Source: Eledone cirrhosa (lineage: Eukaryota). From it: a DNA stretch of 64,000 bases. Under the pieces are notes generated by a model, which was not told the origin of the DNA, did no database searches, and saw only the letters and a list, made by a program, of their open reading frames with translations. A program made the translations under genes and the position numbers. Shown here one piece after another: positions 40,417 through 55,318 of the stretch (positions are counted from its first letter, which is position 1; every line of letters starts with the position of its first letter). The stretch is taken from positions 25,358,001 through 25,422,000 of the forward strand of contig OZ024758.1 of the NCBI GenBank assembly GCA_964016885.1, read 5' to 3'.

Positions 40417-40842
40417 ATGCTACATCTTGAGGTGAGGATGCTACATCTTGAGGTGAGGATGCTACATCTTGAGGTGAGGATGCTACATCTTGAGGTGAGT
40501 ATGCTACATCTTGAGGTGAGCATGCTACATCTAAGGTGAGCATGCTACATCTTGAGGTAAGCATGCTACATCTGGAGGTAAACATGCTACATCTGGAGGT
40601 AAACATGCTACATCTGGAGGTAAACATGCTACATCTGGAGGTAAACACGCTACATCTAGAGGTAAACATGCTATGTCTGGAGATAAGCAACTAGAGGCGA
40701 GCACGCTACATCTTGGGATAAGCCTGATACATCTAGACATAAGCATGTTATATCTAGAGACAAGCATGTTATATCTAGAGACAAGCATGCTACATCTGGA
40801 GGTAGACTTGATACATCTAGAAGCAAGCATGCTACATCTAGA
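40417..40842. repeat. 21-22-bp minisatellite (catgctacatctggaggtaaa)
   Basis: About 20 units with gradual drift along the array. Confidence 0.9.
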
Positions 40843-41360
40843 TGCCAGAAAGCAAAATCTTTGATCCAGTTTTGATTTCTAGTTGAAGTCTAGCTGAAGT
40901 AGTTGCAGTGAATTGCCTCAGTACTTCTTCTGACTCTGTGTTCTGAGTTCAAATCCTGCTACGGTCAACTTTGTTTTTCATCATTTTGAGGTTGATAATA
41001 AGTCTAGAGGTGGTGGATTGACAAAATTGTTAAATAGTGATATATGATGCTTCATGGTATGGTTCAACTCTGTGTTCTGAGTTCAAATTCCACCATTTGT
41101 CTCTGGAAAAGTGTCAATGCTTACCCAGAAGAGCTTGTGACAGTCAAGTTGTTCCAGTAATGGAAACGTCAATGAAACATATTTTTGTTTGTTTGATCTG
41201 ACAATCAAATCCTTTCCCTTTTTGCAGTTAAGTCACTTCACTTATGTTGCCTTTTCCTCCCAAAATCAAGGATTTGTGACTACGTTAGCTAATCAACATT
41301 GAAAAGAGTGAAGTGATTAAATGATTAATCCAATATATTCAGGAATCATTTTTGTCTGCC

Positions 41361-44300
41361 GTCCACATGTAAGTACATGGCACCATTTTTGTATGGTGTC
41401 CACATGTAAAGTACATTGTACCATGTTTGTATGGTGACCACATGTAAAGTACATTGTATCATGTTTGTATGGTGTCCACATGTAAAGTACATTGTACCAT
41501 GTTTGTATGGTGTCCACATGTAAAGTACATTGTATCATGCTTGTATGGTGTCCACATGTAAAGTACATTGTACCATGTTTGTATGGTGACCACATGTAAA
41601 GTACATTGTATCATGTTTGTATGGTGTCCACATGTAAAGTACATTGTACCATGTTTGTATGGTGTCCACATGTAAAGTACATTGTACCATGTTTGTATGG
41701 TGTCCACATGTAAAGTACATTGTACCATGTTTGTATGGTGTCCACATGTAAAGTACATTGTATCATGTTTGTACGGTGTCCACATGTAAAGTACATTGTA
41801 CCATGTTTGTATGGTGTCCACATGTAACGTACATTGTACCCTGCTTGTATGGTGTCCACATGTAAAGTACATTGTACCATGTTTGTATGGTGTCCACATG
41901 TAAAGTACATTGTACCATGTTTGTATGGTGTCCACATGTAAAGTACATTGTACCATGTTTGTATGGTGTCCACATGTAAAGTACATTGTACCATGTTTGT
42001 ATGGTGTCCACATGTAAAGTACATTGTACCCTGCTTGTATGGTGTCCACATGTAAAGTACATTGTACCATGTTTGTATGGTGTCCACATGTAAAGTACAT
42101 TGTACCATGTTTGTATGGTGTCCACATGTAAAGTACATTGTACCATGTTTGTATGGTGTCCACATGTAAAGTACATTGTATCATGCTTGTATGGTGTCCA
42201 CATGTAAAGTACATTGTATCATGCTTGTATGGTGTCCACATGTAAAGTACATTGTACCATGTTTGTATGATGTCCACATGTAAATTACATTGTACTATGT
42301 TTGTATAGTGTCCACATGTAAAGTACATTGTACCATGTTTGTATGGTGTCCACATGTAAAGTACATTGTACCATGTTTGTATGGTGTCCACATGTAAAGT
42401 ACATTGTACCATGCTTGTAAGGTGTCCACATGTAAAGTACATTGTATCATGCTTGTAAGGTGTCCACATGTAAAGTACATTGTACCATGTTTGTATGGTG
42501 TCCACATGTAAAGTACATTGTACCTTGTTTGTATGGTGTCCACATGTAAAGTACATTGTACCATGTTTGTATGGTGTCCACATGTAAAGTACATTGTACC
42601 ATGTTTGTATGGTGTCCACATGTAAAGTACATTGTACCATGTTTGTATGTTGTCCACATGTAAAGTACATTGTACCATGTTTGTATGGTATCCACATGTA
42701 AAGTACATCGTATCATGTTTGTATGGTGTCCACATGTAAAGTATATTGTACCATGTTTGTAAGGTGTCCACATGTAAAGTACATTGTACCATGTTTGTAT
42801 GGTGTCCACATGTAAAGTACATTGTACCATGTTTGTAAGGTGTCCACATGTAAAGTACATTGTACCATGTTTGTATGGTGTCCACATGTAAAGTACATTG
42901 TACCATGTTTGTATAGTGTCCACATGTAAAGTACATTGTATCATGTTTGTATGGTGTCCACATGTAAAGTACATTGTACCATGTTTGTAAGGTATCCACA
43001 TGTAAAGTACATTGTATCATGTTTGTATGGTGTCCACATGTAAAGTACATTGTACCATGTTTGTATGGTGTCCACATGTAAAGTACATTGTACCATGTTT
43101 GTATGGTGTCCACATGTAACGTACATTGTACCCTGCTTGTATGGTGTCCACATGTAAAGTACATTGTACCATGTTTGTATGGTGTCCACATGTAAATTAC
43201 ATTGTACCATGTTTGTATGGTGTCCACATGTAAAGTACATTGTACCATGTTTGTATGGTGTCCACATGTAAAGTACATTGTACCATGTTTGTATGGTGTC
43301 CACATGTAAAGTACATTGTATCATGTTTGTATGGTGTCCACATGTAAAGTACATTGTACCATGTTTGTATGGTGTCCACATGTAAAGTACATTGTATCAT
43401 GTTTGTATGGTGTCCACATGTAAAGTACATTGTATCATGCTTGTATGGTGTCCACATGTAAAGTACATTGTATCATGCTTGTATGGTGTCCACATGTAAA
43501 GTACATTGTACCATGTTTGTATGATGTCCACATGTAAATTACATTGTACTATGTTTGTATAGTGTCCACATGTAAAGTACATTGTACCATGTTTGTATGG
43601 TGTCCACATGTAAAGTACATTGTACCATGTTTGTATGGTGTCCACATGTAAAGTACATTGTACCATGCTTGTAAGGTGTCCACATGTAAAGTACATTGTA
43701 TCATGCTTGTAAGGTGTCCACATGTAAAGTACATTGTACCATGTTTGTATGGTGTCCACATGTAAAGTACATTGTACCTTGTTTGTATGGTGTCCACATG
43801 TAAAGTACATTGTACCATGTTTGTATGGTGTCCACATGTAAAGTACATTGTACCATGTTTGTATGGTGTCCACATGTAAAGTACATTGTACCATGTTTGT
43901 ATGTTGTCCACATGTAAAGTACATTGTACCATGTTTGTATGGTATCCACATGTAAAGTACATCGTATCATGTTTGTATGGTGTCCACATGTAAAGTATAT
44001 TGTACCATGTTTGTAAGGTGTCCACATGTAAAGTACATTGTACCATGTTTGTATGGTGTCCACATGTAAAGTACATTGTACCATGTTTGTAAGGTGTCCA
44101 CATGTAAAGTACATTGTACCATGTTTGTATGGTGTCCACATGTAAAGTACATTGTACCATGTTTGTATAGTGTCCACATGTAAAGTACATTGTATCATGT
44201 TTGTATGGTGTCCACATGTAAAGTACATTGTACCATGTTTGTAAGGTATCCACATGTAAAGTACATTGTATCATGTTTGTATGGTGTCCACATGTAAAGT

Positions 44301-47118
44301 ACATTGTACCATTTTTGTATGGTGTCCACATGTAAAGTACATTGTACCATGTTTGTATGGTGTCCACATGTAACGTACATTGTACCCTGCTTGTATGGTG
44401 TCCACATGTAAAGTACATTGTACCATGTTTGTATGGTGTCCACATGTAAATTACATTGTACCATGTTTGTATGGTGTCCACATGTAAAGTACATTGTACC
44501 ATGTTTGTATGGTGTCCACATGTAAAGTACATTGTACCATGTTTGTATGGTGTCCACATGTAAAGTACATTGTATCATGTTTGTATGGTGTCCACATGTA
44601 AAGTACATTGTACCATGTTTGTATGGTGTCCACATGTAAAGTACATTGTATCATGTTTGTATGGTGTCCACATGTAAAGTACATTGTACCATGCTTTTAT
44701 GGTGTCCACATGTAAAGTACATTGTACCATGTTTGTATGGTATCCACATGTAAAGTACATTGTACCATGTTTGTATGGTGTCCACATGTAAAGTACATTG
44801 TACCATGTTTGTATGGTGTCCACATGTAAAGTACATTGTATCATGTTTGTATGGTGTCCACATGTAAAGTACATTGTACCATGTTTGTATGGTGTCCACA
44901 TGTAAAGTACATTGTATCATGTTTGTATGGTATCCACATGTAAAGTACATTGTACCATGCTTTTATGGTGTCCACATGTAAAGTACATTGTACCATGTTT
45001 GTATGGTGTCCACATGTAAAGTACATTGTATCATGCTTGTATGGTGTCCACATGTAAAGTACATTGTATCATGCTTGTATGGTGTCCACATGTAAAGTAC
45101 ATTGTACCATGTTTGTATGGTGTCCACATGTAAAGTACATTGTACTATGTTTGTATAGTGTCCACATGTAAAGTACATTGTACCATGCTTGTAAGGTGTC
45201 CACATGTAAAGTACATTGTATCATGCTTGTAAGGTGTCCACATGTAAAGTACATTGTATCATGCTTGTATGGTGTCCACATGTAAAGTACATTGTATCAT
45301 GCTTGTATGGTGTCCACATGTAAAGTACATTGTACCATGTTTGTATGGTGTCCACATGTAAAGTATATTGTACTATGTTTGTATAGTGTCCACATGTAAA
45401 GTACATTGTACCATGTTTGTATGGTGTCCACATGTAAAGTACATTGTACCATGTTTGTATGGTGTCCACATGTAAAGTACATTGTACCATGCTTGTAAGG
45501 TGTCCACATGTAAAGTACATTGTATCATGCTTGTAAGGTGTCCACATGTAAAGTACATTGTACCATGTTTGTATGGTGTCCACATGTAAAGTACATTGTA
45601 CCTTGTTTGTATGGTGTCCACGTGTAAAGTACATTGTACCATGTTTGTATAGTGTCCACATGTAAAGTACATTGTACCATGTTTGTATGGTGTCCACATG
45701 TAAAGTACATTGTACCATGTTTGTATGTTGTCCACATGTAAAGTACATTGTACCATGTTTGTATGGTATCCACATGTAAAGTACATTGTATCATGTTTGT
45801 ATGGTGTCCACATGTAAAGTATATTGTACCATGTTTGTAAGGTGTCCACATGTAAAGTACATTGTACCATGTTTGTATGGTGTCCACATGTAAAGTACAT
45901 TGTACCATGTTTGTATGGTGTCCACATGTAAAGTACATTGTACCATGTTTGTAAGGTGTCCACATGTAAAGTACATTGTACCATGTTTGTATGGTGTCCA
46001 CATGTAAAGTACATTGTACCATGTTTGTATAGTGTCCACATGTAAAGTACATTGTATCATGTTTGTATGGTGTCCACATGTAAAGTACATTGTACCATGT
46101 TTGTAAGGTATCCACATGTAAAGTACATTGTATCATGTTTGTATGGTGTCCACATGTAAAGTACATTGTGCCATGTTTGTATGGTGTCCACATGTAAATT
46201 ACATTGTACCATGTTTGTATGGTGTCCACATGTAAAGTACATTGTACCGTGTTTGTATGGTGTCCACATGTAAAGTACATTGTACCGTGTTTGTATGGTG
46301 TCCACATGTAAAGTACATTGTACCATGTTTGTATGGTGTCCACATGTAAAGTACATTGTACCATGTTTGTATGGTGTCCACATGTAAAGTACATTGTATC
46401 ATGTTTGTATGGTGTCCACATGTAAAGTACATTGTACCATGTTTGTATGGTGTCCACATGTAAATTACATTGTACCATGTTTGTATGGTGTCCACATGTA
46501 AAGTACATTGTATCATGTTTGTATGGTGTCCACATGTAAAGTACATTGTACCATGTTTGTAAGGTGTCCACATGTAAAGTACATTGTATCATGTTTGTAT
46601 GGTGTCCACGTGTAAAGTACATTGTACCATGTTTGTATGGTGTCCACATGTAAAGTACATTGTACCATGTTTGTATGGTGTCCACGTGTAAAGTACATTG
46701 TACCATGTTTGTAAGGTATCCACATGTAAAGTACATTGTACCATGTTTGTATGGTCTCCACATGTAAAGTACATTGTACCATGTTTGTATGGTGTCCACA
46801 TGTAAAGTACATTGTACCATGTTTGTATGGTGTCCACATGTAAAGTACATTGTACCATGTTTGTATGGTGTCCACATGTAAAGTACATTGTACCATGTTT
46901 GTATGGTGTCCACATGTAAAGTACATTGTACCATGTTTGTATGGTGTCCACATGTAAAGTACATTGTACCATGTTTGTAAGGTGTCCACATGTAAAGTAC
47001 ATTGTACCATGTTTGTAAGGTGTCCACATGTAAAGTACATTGTACCATGTTTGTATGGTGTCCACATGTAAAGTACATTGTACCATGTTTGTATGGTGTC
47101 CACATGTAAAGTACATTG
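41361..47118. repeat. 38-bp satellite (ccacatgtaaagtacattgtaccatgtttgtatggtgt), about 150 units
   Basis: Strict 38-bp register with point variants only. Confidence 0.97.
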
Positions 47119-47830
47119 AATCTTGCATCATTCAATTTTGTTGAAAAGAAGACCACTTGCAAAGATGAACATTTCTGCATTTTACAATCAGGTGCATGTG
47201 TGTATAAATACACATAACACATGCACACGCACATGCACATACACATGCACACATTTAGACATATATGCACACATGCACACACACACACACCCATAGACAT
47301 GCAGACACATGCACACACACACACACATGCACACATTTAGACATACATGCACACATACACACACATAGACATGCAGACACATGCACACACACACACATAC
47401 ATACACATACATACACATGCACACATTTAGACATACATGCACACATGCACACACACACACATAGACATGCAGACACATGCACACATGTAAACATACATGC
47501 ACACACACACATGCATGCACACACACACAACAGGAGATTTGTTTTCCATTTTTTAATATTTCAAGTGATCGCATAGAGACTCTCTCATTGGTCTAAGTTC
47601 CTATTAGTATTTTTATTTTGTGGTTTGTGTGTATTATTGTTTGCTTGGATGAGCAAAGCAGTTATAGTATTTGTGAAGTTGTGCATTAGTATCATTGTTA
47701 TTTGAGTTCATATATGTTGTAACCTGTAACTCCTGCTGGTGTAATGACATATGGCATGTCTTGGGGGCTTTTAATTCTAGCAGAACCTCTCCTGGTCTCA
47801 ACATGGCTGATTTCTTCCAGGGAGAGAGAT

Positions 47831-50800
47831 TTATAGAAAGGAAGTGGGGGAGAGTGTGTGTACTATAGAAAGGAAGTGGGAGAGTGTGTGTACTATAGAA
47901 AGGAAGTGGGAGAGTGTGTGTACTATAGAAAGGAAGTGGGGGAGAGTGTGCTATAGAAAGGAAGTGGGAGAGTGTGTGTACTATAGAAAGGAAGTGGGAG
48001 AGTGTGTGTACTATAGAAAGGAAGTGGGAGAGTGTGTGTACTATAGAAAAGAAGTGGGAGAGTGTGTGTACTATAGAAAAGAAGTGGGAGAGTGTGTGTA
48101 CTATAGAAAGGAAGTGGGAGAGTGTGTGTACTATAGAAAGGAAGTGGGAGAGTGTGTGTACTATAGAAAGGAAGTGGGAGAGTGTGTGTACTATAGAAAG
48201 GAAGTGGGAGAGTGTGTGTACTATAGAAAAGAAGTGGGAGAGTGTGTGTACTATAGAAAAGAAGTGGGAGAGTGTGTGTGCTATAGAAAAGAAGTGGGAG
48301 AGTGTGTGTGCTATAGAAAGGAAGTGGGAGAGTGTGTGTGCTATAGAAAGGAAGTGGGAGAGTGTGTGTGTTATAGAAAGGAATGGGGAGAGTGTGTGTG
48401 CTATAGAAAAGAAGTGGGAGAGTGTGTGCTATAGAAAGGAAGTGGGAGAGTGTGTGTGTGTTATAGAAAGGAAGTGGGAGAGTGTGTGTGCTATAGAAAG
48501 GAAGTGGGGGAGAGTGTGTGTGCTATAGAAAGGAAGTGGGAGAGTGTGTGTGCTATAGAAAGGAAGTGGGGGAGTGTGTGTGCTATAGAAAGGAAGTGGG
48601 GGGTGCTATAGAAATGAGTGGGGAGAGTCTGTGTGCTATAGAAAGGAGTGGGGGAGTGTGTGCTATAGAAAGGAAGTGGGGGAGTGTGTGTGTTATAGAA
48701 AGGAAGTGGGGGGGAGTGTGTGTGCTATAGAAAGGAAGTGGGGGAGAGTGTGTGCTATAGAAAGGAAGTGGGAGTGTGTGTGCTATAGAAAGGAAGTGGG
48801 AGTGTGTGTGCTATAGAAAGGAAGTGGGGAGAGTGTGTGTGCTATAGAAAGAAAGTGGGGGGGGGGAGTGTGTGTGCTATAGAAAGGAAGTGGGGGAGAG
48901 TGTGTGTGCTATAGAAAGGAAGTGGGGAGAGTGTGTGTGTGTTATAGAAAGGAAGTGGGGAGAGTGTGTGTTATAGAAAGGAAGTGGGGGGAGTGTGTGT
49001 GTGTTATAGAAAGGAAGTGGGGGAGAGTGTGTGTTATAGAAAGGAAGTGGGAGAGTGTGTACTATAGAAAGAAAGTGGGAGAGTGTGTGTACTATAGAAA
49101 GGAAGTGGGAGAGTGTGTGTGCTATAGAAAGGAAGTGGGAGAGTGTGTGTTATAGAAAGGAAGTGGGGGAGAGTGTGTGTGCTATAGAAAGGAAGTGGGG
49201 GAGTGTGTGTGCTATAGAAAGGAAGTGGGGGTGCTATAGAAATGAGTGGGGAGAGTCTGTGTGCTATAGAAAGGAGTGGGGAGAGTGTGTGTGTGTTATA
49301 GAAAGGAAGTGGGGAGAGTGTGTGTTATAGAAAGGAAGTGGGGGGAGTGTGTGTGTGTTATAGAAAGGAAGTGGGGGAGAGTGTGTGTTATAGAAAGGAA
49401 GTGGGAGAGTGTGTACTATAGAAAGAAAGTGGGAGAGTGTGTGTACTATAGAAAGGAAGTGGGAGAGTGTGTGTGCTATAGAAAGGAAGTGGGGGAGTGT
49501 GTGTGTTATAGAAAGGAAGTGGGGGGGGAGTGTGTGTGCTATAGAAAGGAAGTGGGGGAGAGTGTGTGCTATAGAAAGCAAGTGGGAGAGTGTGTGTTAT
49601 AGAAAGGAAGTGGGGGAGAGTGTGTGTTATAGAAAGGAAGTGGGAGAGTGTGTGTGCTATAGAAAGGAAGTGGGGGGAGTGTGTGTGTGCTATAGAAAGG
49701 AAGTGGGGGGGGAGAGTGTGTGTTATAGAAAGGAAGTGGGAGAGTGTGTGTGCTATAGAAAGGAAGTGGGGGAGAGTGTGTGTTATAGAAAGGAAGTGGG
49801 GGGAGTGTGTGTGTGTTATAGAAAGGAAGTGGGAGAGTGTGTGTGCTATAGAAAGGAAGTGGGGCAGAGTGTGTGTGCTATAGAAAGGAAGTGGGAGAGA
49901 GTGTGTGCTATAGAAAGGAAGTGGGGGAGAGTGTGTGTGCTATAGAAAGGAAGTGGGGGAGAGTGTGTGCTATAGAAAGGAAGTGGGAGAGTGTGTGTGC
50001 TATAGAAAGGAAGTGGGAGAGTGTGTGTGCTATAGAAAGGAAGTGGGAGAGTGTGTGTGCTATAGAAAGGAAGTGGGAGAGTGTGTGTGCTATAGAAAGG
50101 AAGTGGGGGAGAGTGTGTGCTATAGAAAGGAAGTGGGAGAGTGTGTGCTATAGAAAGCAAGTGGGGGAGAGTGTGTGTTATAGAAAGGAAGTGGGGGGAA
50201 TGTGTGTGTGTTATAGAAAGGAAGTGGGGGAGAGTGTGTGTGTTATAGAAAGGAAGTGGGGGGAGTGTGTGTGTGTTATAGAAAGGAAGTGGGGGAGAGT
50301 GTGTGTGTGTTATAGAAAGGAAGTGGGGGGAGTGTGTGTGTGTTATAGAAAGGAAGTGGGGGGAGTGTGTGTGTGTTATAGAAAGGAAGTGGGGGAGAGT
50401 GTGTGTGTGTTATAGAAAGGAAGTGGGGGAGAGTGTGTGCTATAGAAAGGAAGTGGGGGAGAGTGTGTGTTATAGAAAGGAAGTGGGGGAGAGTGTGTGT
50501 GTGTTATAGAAAGGAAGTGGGGGAGAGTGTGTGCTATAGAAAGGAAGTGGGGGAGAGTGTGTGTTATAGAAAGGAAGTGGGGGGAGTGTGTGTGTGTTAT
50601 AGAAAGGAAGTGGGGGAGAGTGTGTGTGTGTTATAGAAAGGAAGTGGGGGAGAGTGTGTGCTATAGAAAGGAAGTGGGGGAGAGTGTGTGTTATAGAAAG
50701 GAAGTGGGGGAGAGTGTGTGCTATAGAAAGGAAGTGGGAGAGTGTGTGTGTTATAGAAAGGAAGTGGAGGAGTGTATGTGTTATAGAAAGGAAGTGGGGG

Positions 50801-51130
50801 AGAGTGTGTGCTATAGAAAGGAAGTGGGGGAGAGTGTGTGTTATAGAAAGGAAGTGGGGGAGAGTGTGTGCTATAGAAAGGAAGTGGGAGAGTGTGTGTG
50901 CTATAGAAAGGAAGTGGGGGAGAGTGTGTGCTATAGAAAGGAAGTGGGGGAGAGTGTGTGTGTTATAGAAAGCAAGTGGGGGAGAGTGTGTGCTATAGAA
51001 AGGAAGTGAGGGAGAGTGTGTGTGCTATAGAAAGGAAGTGGGAGAGTGTGTGTGCTATAGAAAGGAAGTGGGGGAGAGTGTGTGCTATAGAAAGGAAGTG
51101 GGGGAGAGTGTGTGCTATAGAAAGGAAGTG
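47831..51130. repeat. About 30-bp purine-rich satellite (ctatagaaaggaagtgggagagtgtgtgtg), about 110 units
   Basis: Tandem units with variable G-run and (gt)n length. Confidence 0.97.
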
Positions 51131-51159
51131 AGAAAGAGATATAGAGAAAGAATCAATCA

Positions 51160-51660
51160 CAGTACTAGACTGGGACTTTACCTTTTATCCGTTCTAGGTC
51201 AATAAATAAAGTTTACATGGTGGGATTTGAACTCAGAGAGTTAAAATACCGTAGAGCATTCTATCTGAGGTTGTAATAATTGTTTCTACTTTAGGGACAA
51301 GGCCAGCAATTTGAAAAGAACGAGATAGTCGATTAAATTGACCCCAGTGCATTACTGGTGCTTTATTTTATCAACCCCGTAACGTGAAAGGCAAAGTTAA
51401 TTCAGAACGCAAAGGGCCATAACTCTATGCTGCAAAACATGGTGTCAAACGCTCTATTGATACTGCCAATTCCCCCAATGTTCTAATAATCGGTTCTTCT
51501 TTTTGGTACAAGGCCAGCAATTACCCCCAGTGCATTACTGGTACTTTATTTTATCGACCCCCCCCCCCCGCCGTAAGGATGAAAGGCAAAGTTAACCTCA
51601 GCGGGATTTAAACACAGAACGTATAGGGCCACAACTCTATGCTGCAAATCCACCGATGTT
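51160..51660 (-). mobile_element. Cluster of Meta-type SINEs
   Basis: Two to three cores in the same orientation. Confidence 0.75.
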
Positions 51661-53200
51661 CTAATAACACTGTCAATTCCCCACCTACATTTCAGTTAAA
51701 AAGGCCTTAGGGAGTTTTTAGGGAGTTTTTTTTTTTTGTTATATAACAATATTATTTTACTTCATTAACGTTCTTATATATTCATAAATTATATGAAATA
51801 ATTTTTAATAATAAAAATATCTGTTTCCCCAAAGCAGTAACACACAGAGGGTGGTGGGCCAACGGCGCGTTGTCCTCGGGCATCCTTTGGGTGGAGAAGA
51901 ACTTCATAAATTTGATTGATTTATATTAAAATCGAATAAAGCGTTTATTTCATATTTCATCCCTGTTTATCCCTTTAATGTTCAAAACCGGCCAGAACTC
52001 TTTACCTCTTTCTGTTGAAACTGGCTGTAACTGGCCACTCAAACTGATGTTAAGGTATTGTTCTGAAAATAAATACTTTCAAAATCTCATAGATTCGATG
52101 TTATGTGAGATAATTATGTGAGGTAAAGCCTTTACCATGAAAATATAATAGTATATATAGAGTAATGTGAATGTTGTGAGATAATTATGTGAGGTAAAGC
52201 CTTTACCATGAAAATATAATAGTATATATAGAGTAATGTAAATGTTATGTGAGATAATTGTGAGGTAAAGCCTTTACCATGAAAATACAATAGTATATAT
52301 AGAGTAATGTGAATGTTATGTGAGATAATTATGTAAGGTAAAGCCTTTACCATGAAAATACAATAGTATATATAGAGTAATGTGAATGTTATGTGAGATA
52401 ATTATGTGAGGTAAAGCCTTTACCATGAAAATACAATAGTATATATAGGGTAATGTGAATGGTAAAGGGTTTAGCTAGAAGGCTCGCTAGGTTGGTGCTT
52501 ATCCCGGTTTCATGGTGTGAAGTAACTGAGAGTACAAGACTCAGACCTGGACAGGATGCCAGTCTATCGCAGGGTTAAACCCCCACCTACTCATTTTCAG
52601 CTGAGTATACTGGAGCAACGTGAAATGAAGAGTTTTGCTCAAGAACACAACATGCAACCCAGCCCAGGAATGGAACCGATGACATTATATATAGAGTAAT
52701 GTGAATGCTAAAGGGTTATATATTCAAAATGTTTTCCTTTCTCATAATATTTCTCAGTCTATTAGGCCTTATACTTGAGTCTTTGGGGCATACAAGCAAG
52801 ATTTGCCCCGGGCATCACGAGAGCTCCGTATACCACTGCCCCAAAGAAATCAAATATGTGTCTTTGTGTTATGAAAGCAAGATGTAAAAACTCCCTATGG
52901 AGATAGGAGGCTAAACAAGATAACACAGTGACTTTCTACACAGGAAATACTGAAGTCATAAATGTGTTGGGGACTAAGAAAATTCAAGACTCCATTTCCC
53001 TGCCATTATATAAAAGAAGAAGAAAAATGTGATTTATATAACTGTTCTAATTATGTCCATGGAGAGTAACAGTAAATAAGAGAACTAGCAAGATGTGTAT
53101 CTATTCATACAATCTTCTGCTTTCATTCAGTTGTTTGTTTAGAGTTAACTGTAACATATGAAACTATTAAATCATTGCCATCATCATTATACTTACTTTA

Positions 53201-53910
53201 TGGCGGTGGATTGGCAGTATTGGTAGAGGGTCGGGCGCCATGATTTGACGTATAGAGTTACGGCCCTTGCCATTCTGAGTTCAAATCCCGCCAAGGTTAA
53301 CTTTGCCTTTCATCCTTACGGGGTCGATAAAATAAAGTACCAGTAATGCACTGGGATAATTGCTGGCCTTGTGCCTAATGTAGAAACAATTATACTTACT
53401 TCCCATTAATCTCTCGATTGGCAGGATCAGTAGAGAGTCGGACGCCATGCTTTCCAGCATAGTTACGTCCCTTTACGATCTGAGTTCAAATCCCGCCGAG
53501 GTTGACTTTGCCTTTCATCCTTACGGGGGTCGATAAAATAAGGTACCAGTAATGTACTGGGGTAATTGCTGGCCTTGTGCCTAAAGTAGAAACAATTAAT
53601 CTCTCAAACATTTGGGATTTACACATTTCTCTACGGGTACACTATTTACATTTATGGAGTTAAGCAGAAGGGTAGACATTGGGCAGTATCATTTAGAGCA
53701 TCGGATAACATGCTTTGTGGCATTGAGTTATGGCCCTTTACGTTCTGAGTTCAAATCCTGCTGAGGTTAGCTTTGCCTTTCATTCTTACTGGGTCGATAA
53801 AATAAAGTACCAGTAATGCACTGTGTGCATTAAATCGACCCCCCTTCCCCTCTACCCCCCCCCCCCCCCAAAAAAAAATATTGGCCTTGTGCCTAAAGCA
53901 GAAACCGTTA
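53201..53910 (+). mobile_element. Cluster of three Meta-type SINEs
   Basis: Heads at about 53201, 53415 and 53680. Confidence 0.85.
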
Positions 53911-54090
53911 TTTATCCAATACACTTGTGCAATAAACAGAATTGCTTAATCTTTTCTAATCAGACACATATATTTATGAATATGAGATAAGCTTTGATGC
54001 TTTTGCTGAAACATGGAAAAAAAATAGAAGTTTTGACATTCATGCCTTTCTCAGGAGCATTTGTAACACAAACTTAGTGAAAAAAGCTAC

Positions 54091-54126
<36 letters not shown>

Positions 54127-54729
54127 ACGTCCGCTTTTCCCTGCTTGCAAGGGTTAGGACGGGTCCTATTCAGCACATCATCTCTCCACTTGTCACGGTC
54201 CTTCGTCATCTCCTCGGTGAGTTTCAGCGATCTGAGGTCTGCTCTCACCACCTCCGCCCATGTTTTACATGGTCTACCTCTACTGCGTCTTACTTCTACT
54301 AAATTGAAACCAGATTATAGATACCAGAAGACTGTTATTCTATAGCATATGTATGTATTAGTTTGTACTGGTAATGGTATTTAACCCTCTAGCAGTTACA
54401 TTACTCTATGTATACTATTATATTATTGGGGTTAAGGCTTTACTTTACATAATTATCACACATAATATTGAATATATGAGATTTTGATAAAGTATGAGCA
54501 GCCAGTTACAGCCAGTTTGAACAGAAAGAGGTGAGAGAATTCTGGCCGGATATGGCTGGTTTAAATGCTAAAGGGTTAATGCTGTTTAGTAAATATAAAA
54601 TATTTGATTCAAAGTCATTTTGTGTTGTATGACTACTTCTAAGATCATATGATTAATACTCACCATATATACTCAAATATAAGCTGAGGAATATATGACT
54701 AAAACATTGATGGTAGAAGGTGTGGATCA

Positions 54730-55318
54730 GCTTAAATTATTAACCATCTTGCCAACACCAACCCTGAGTACCTTTTTGATTTCCATGTGTCTAACACACG
54801 TGGGCATGCCCACAAAGTCAGAAAACAGCACAGCTCCCATGACTTTCGGAAACATTTTTTCACGCTCAGAGTTGCTGAAGCATGGAACAAACTACCTGCA
54901 TCAGTTGTTAGCTGTCGAGACACTGCATCCTTTAAAACCTCCATGGAACAAACTACCTACATCAGTTGTTAGCTGTCGAGACACTGCATCCTTTAAAACC
55001 TCCATGGAACAAACTACCTGCATCAGTTGTTAGCTGTCGAGACACTGCATCCTTTAAAACCTCCATGGAACAAACTACCTGCATCAGTTGTTAGCTGTCG
55101 AGACACTGCATCCTTTAAAACCTCCATGTTTCCTGAGATTTGCCAACACTATACCTGATATCCCCCTCCATACACATACACACACATGTATATCATGACT
55201 CATGCATTGTTCACTTCCCTGACATTTGTATATTTTTCTATGTACTATACATGCACCTTTGACAAGTTGTAGTGCACCTGAGCACTGTACACAATAAATT
55301 CATTATTATTATTACTAT
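54730..55318 (+). mobile_element. CR1-clade LINE 3' end with an internal 60-bp tandem expansion
   Basis: NTRGHAHKVRKQHSSHDFRKHFFTLRVAEAWNKLPASVV (CR1-type end motif), 4 x 60-bp unit at about 54883-55127, aataaa plus (att)n tail. Confidence 0.85.

Noticed and set aside
41361-47336. Long minus-strand ORFs (up to 603 aa) and CRISPR-like 38-bp periodicity
   Set aside because: Pure tandem satellite with no unique spacers and no cas genes. The ORFs exist only because the monomer mostly lacks stops on that strand.
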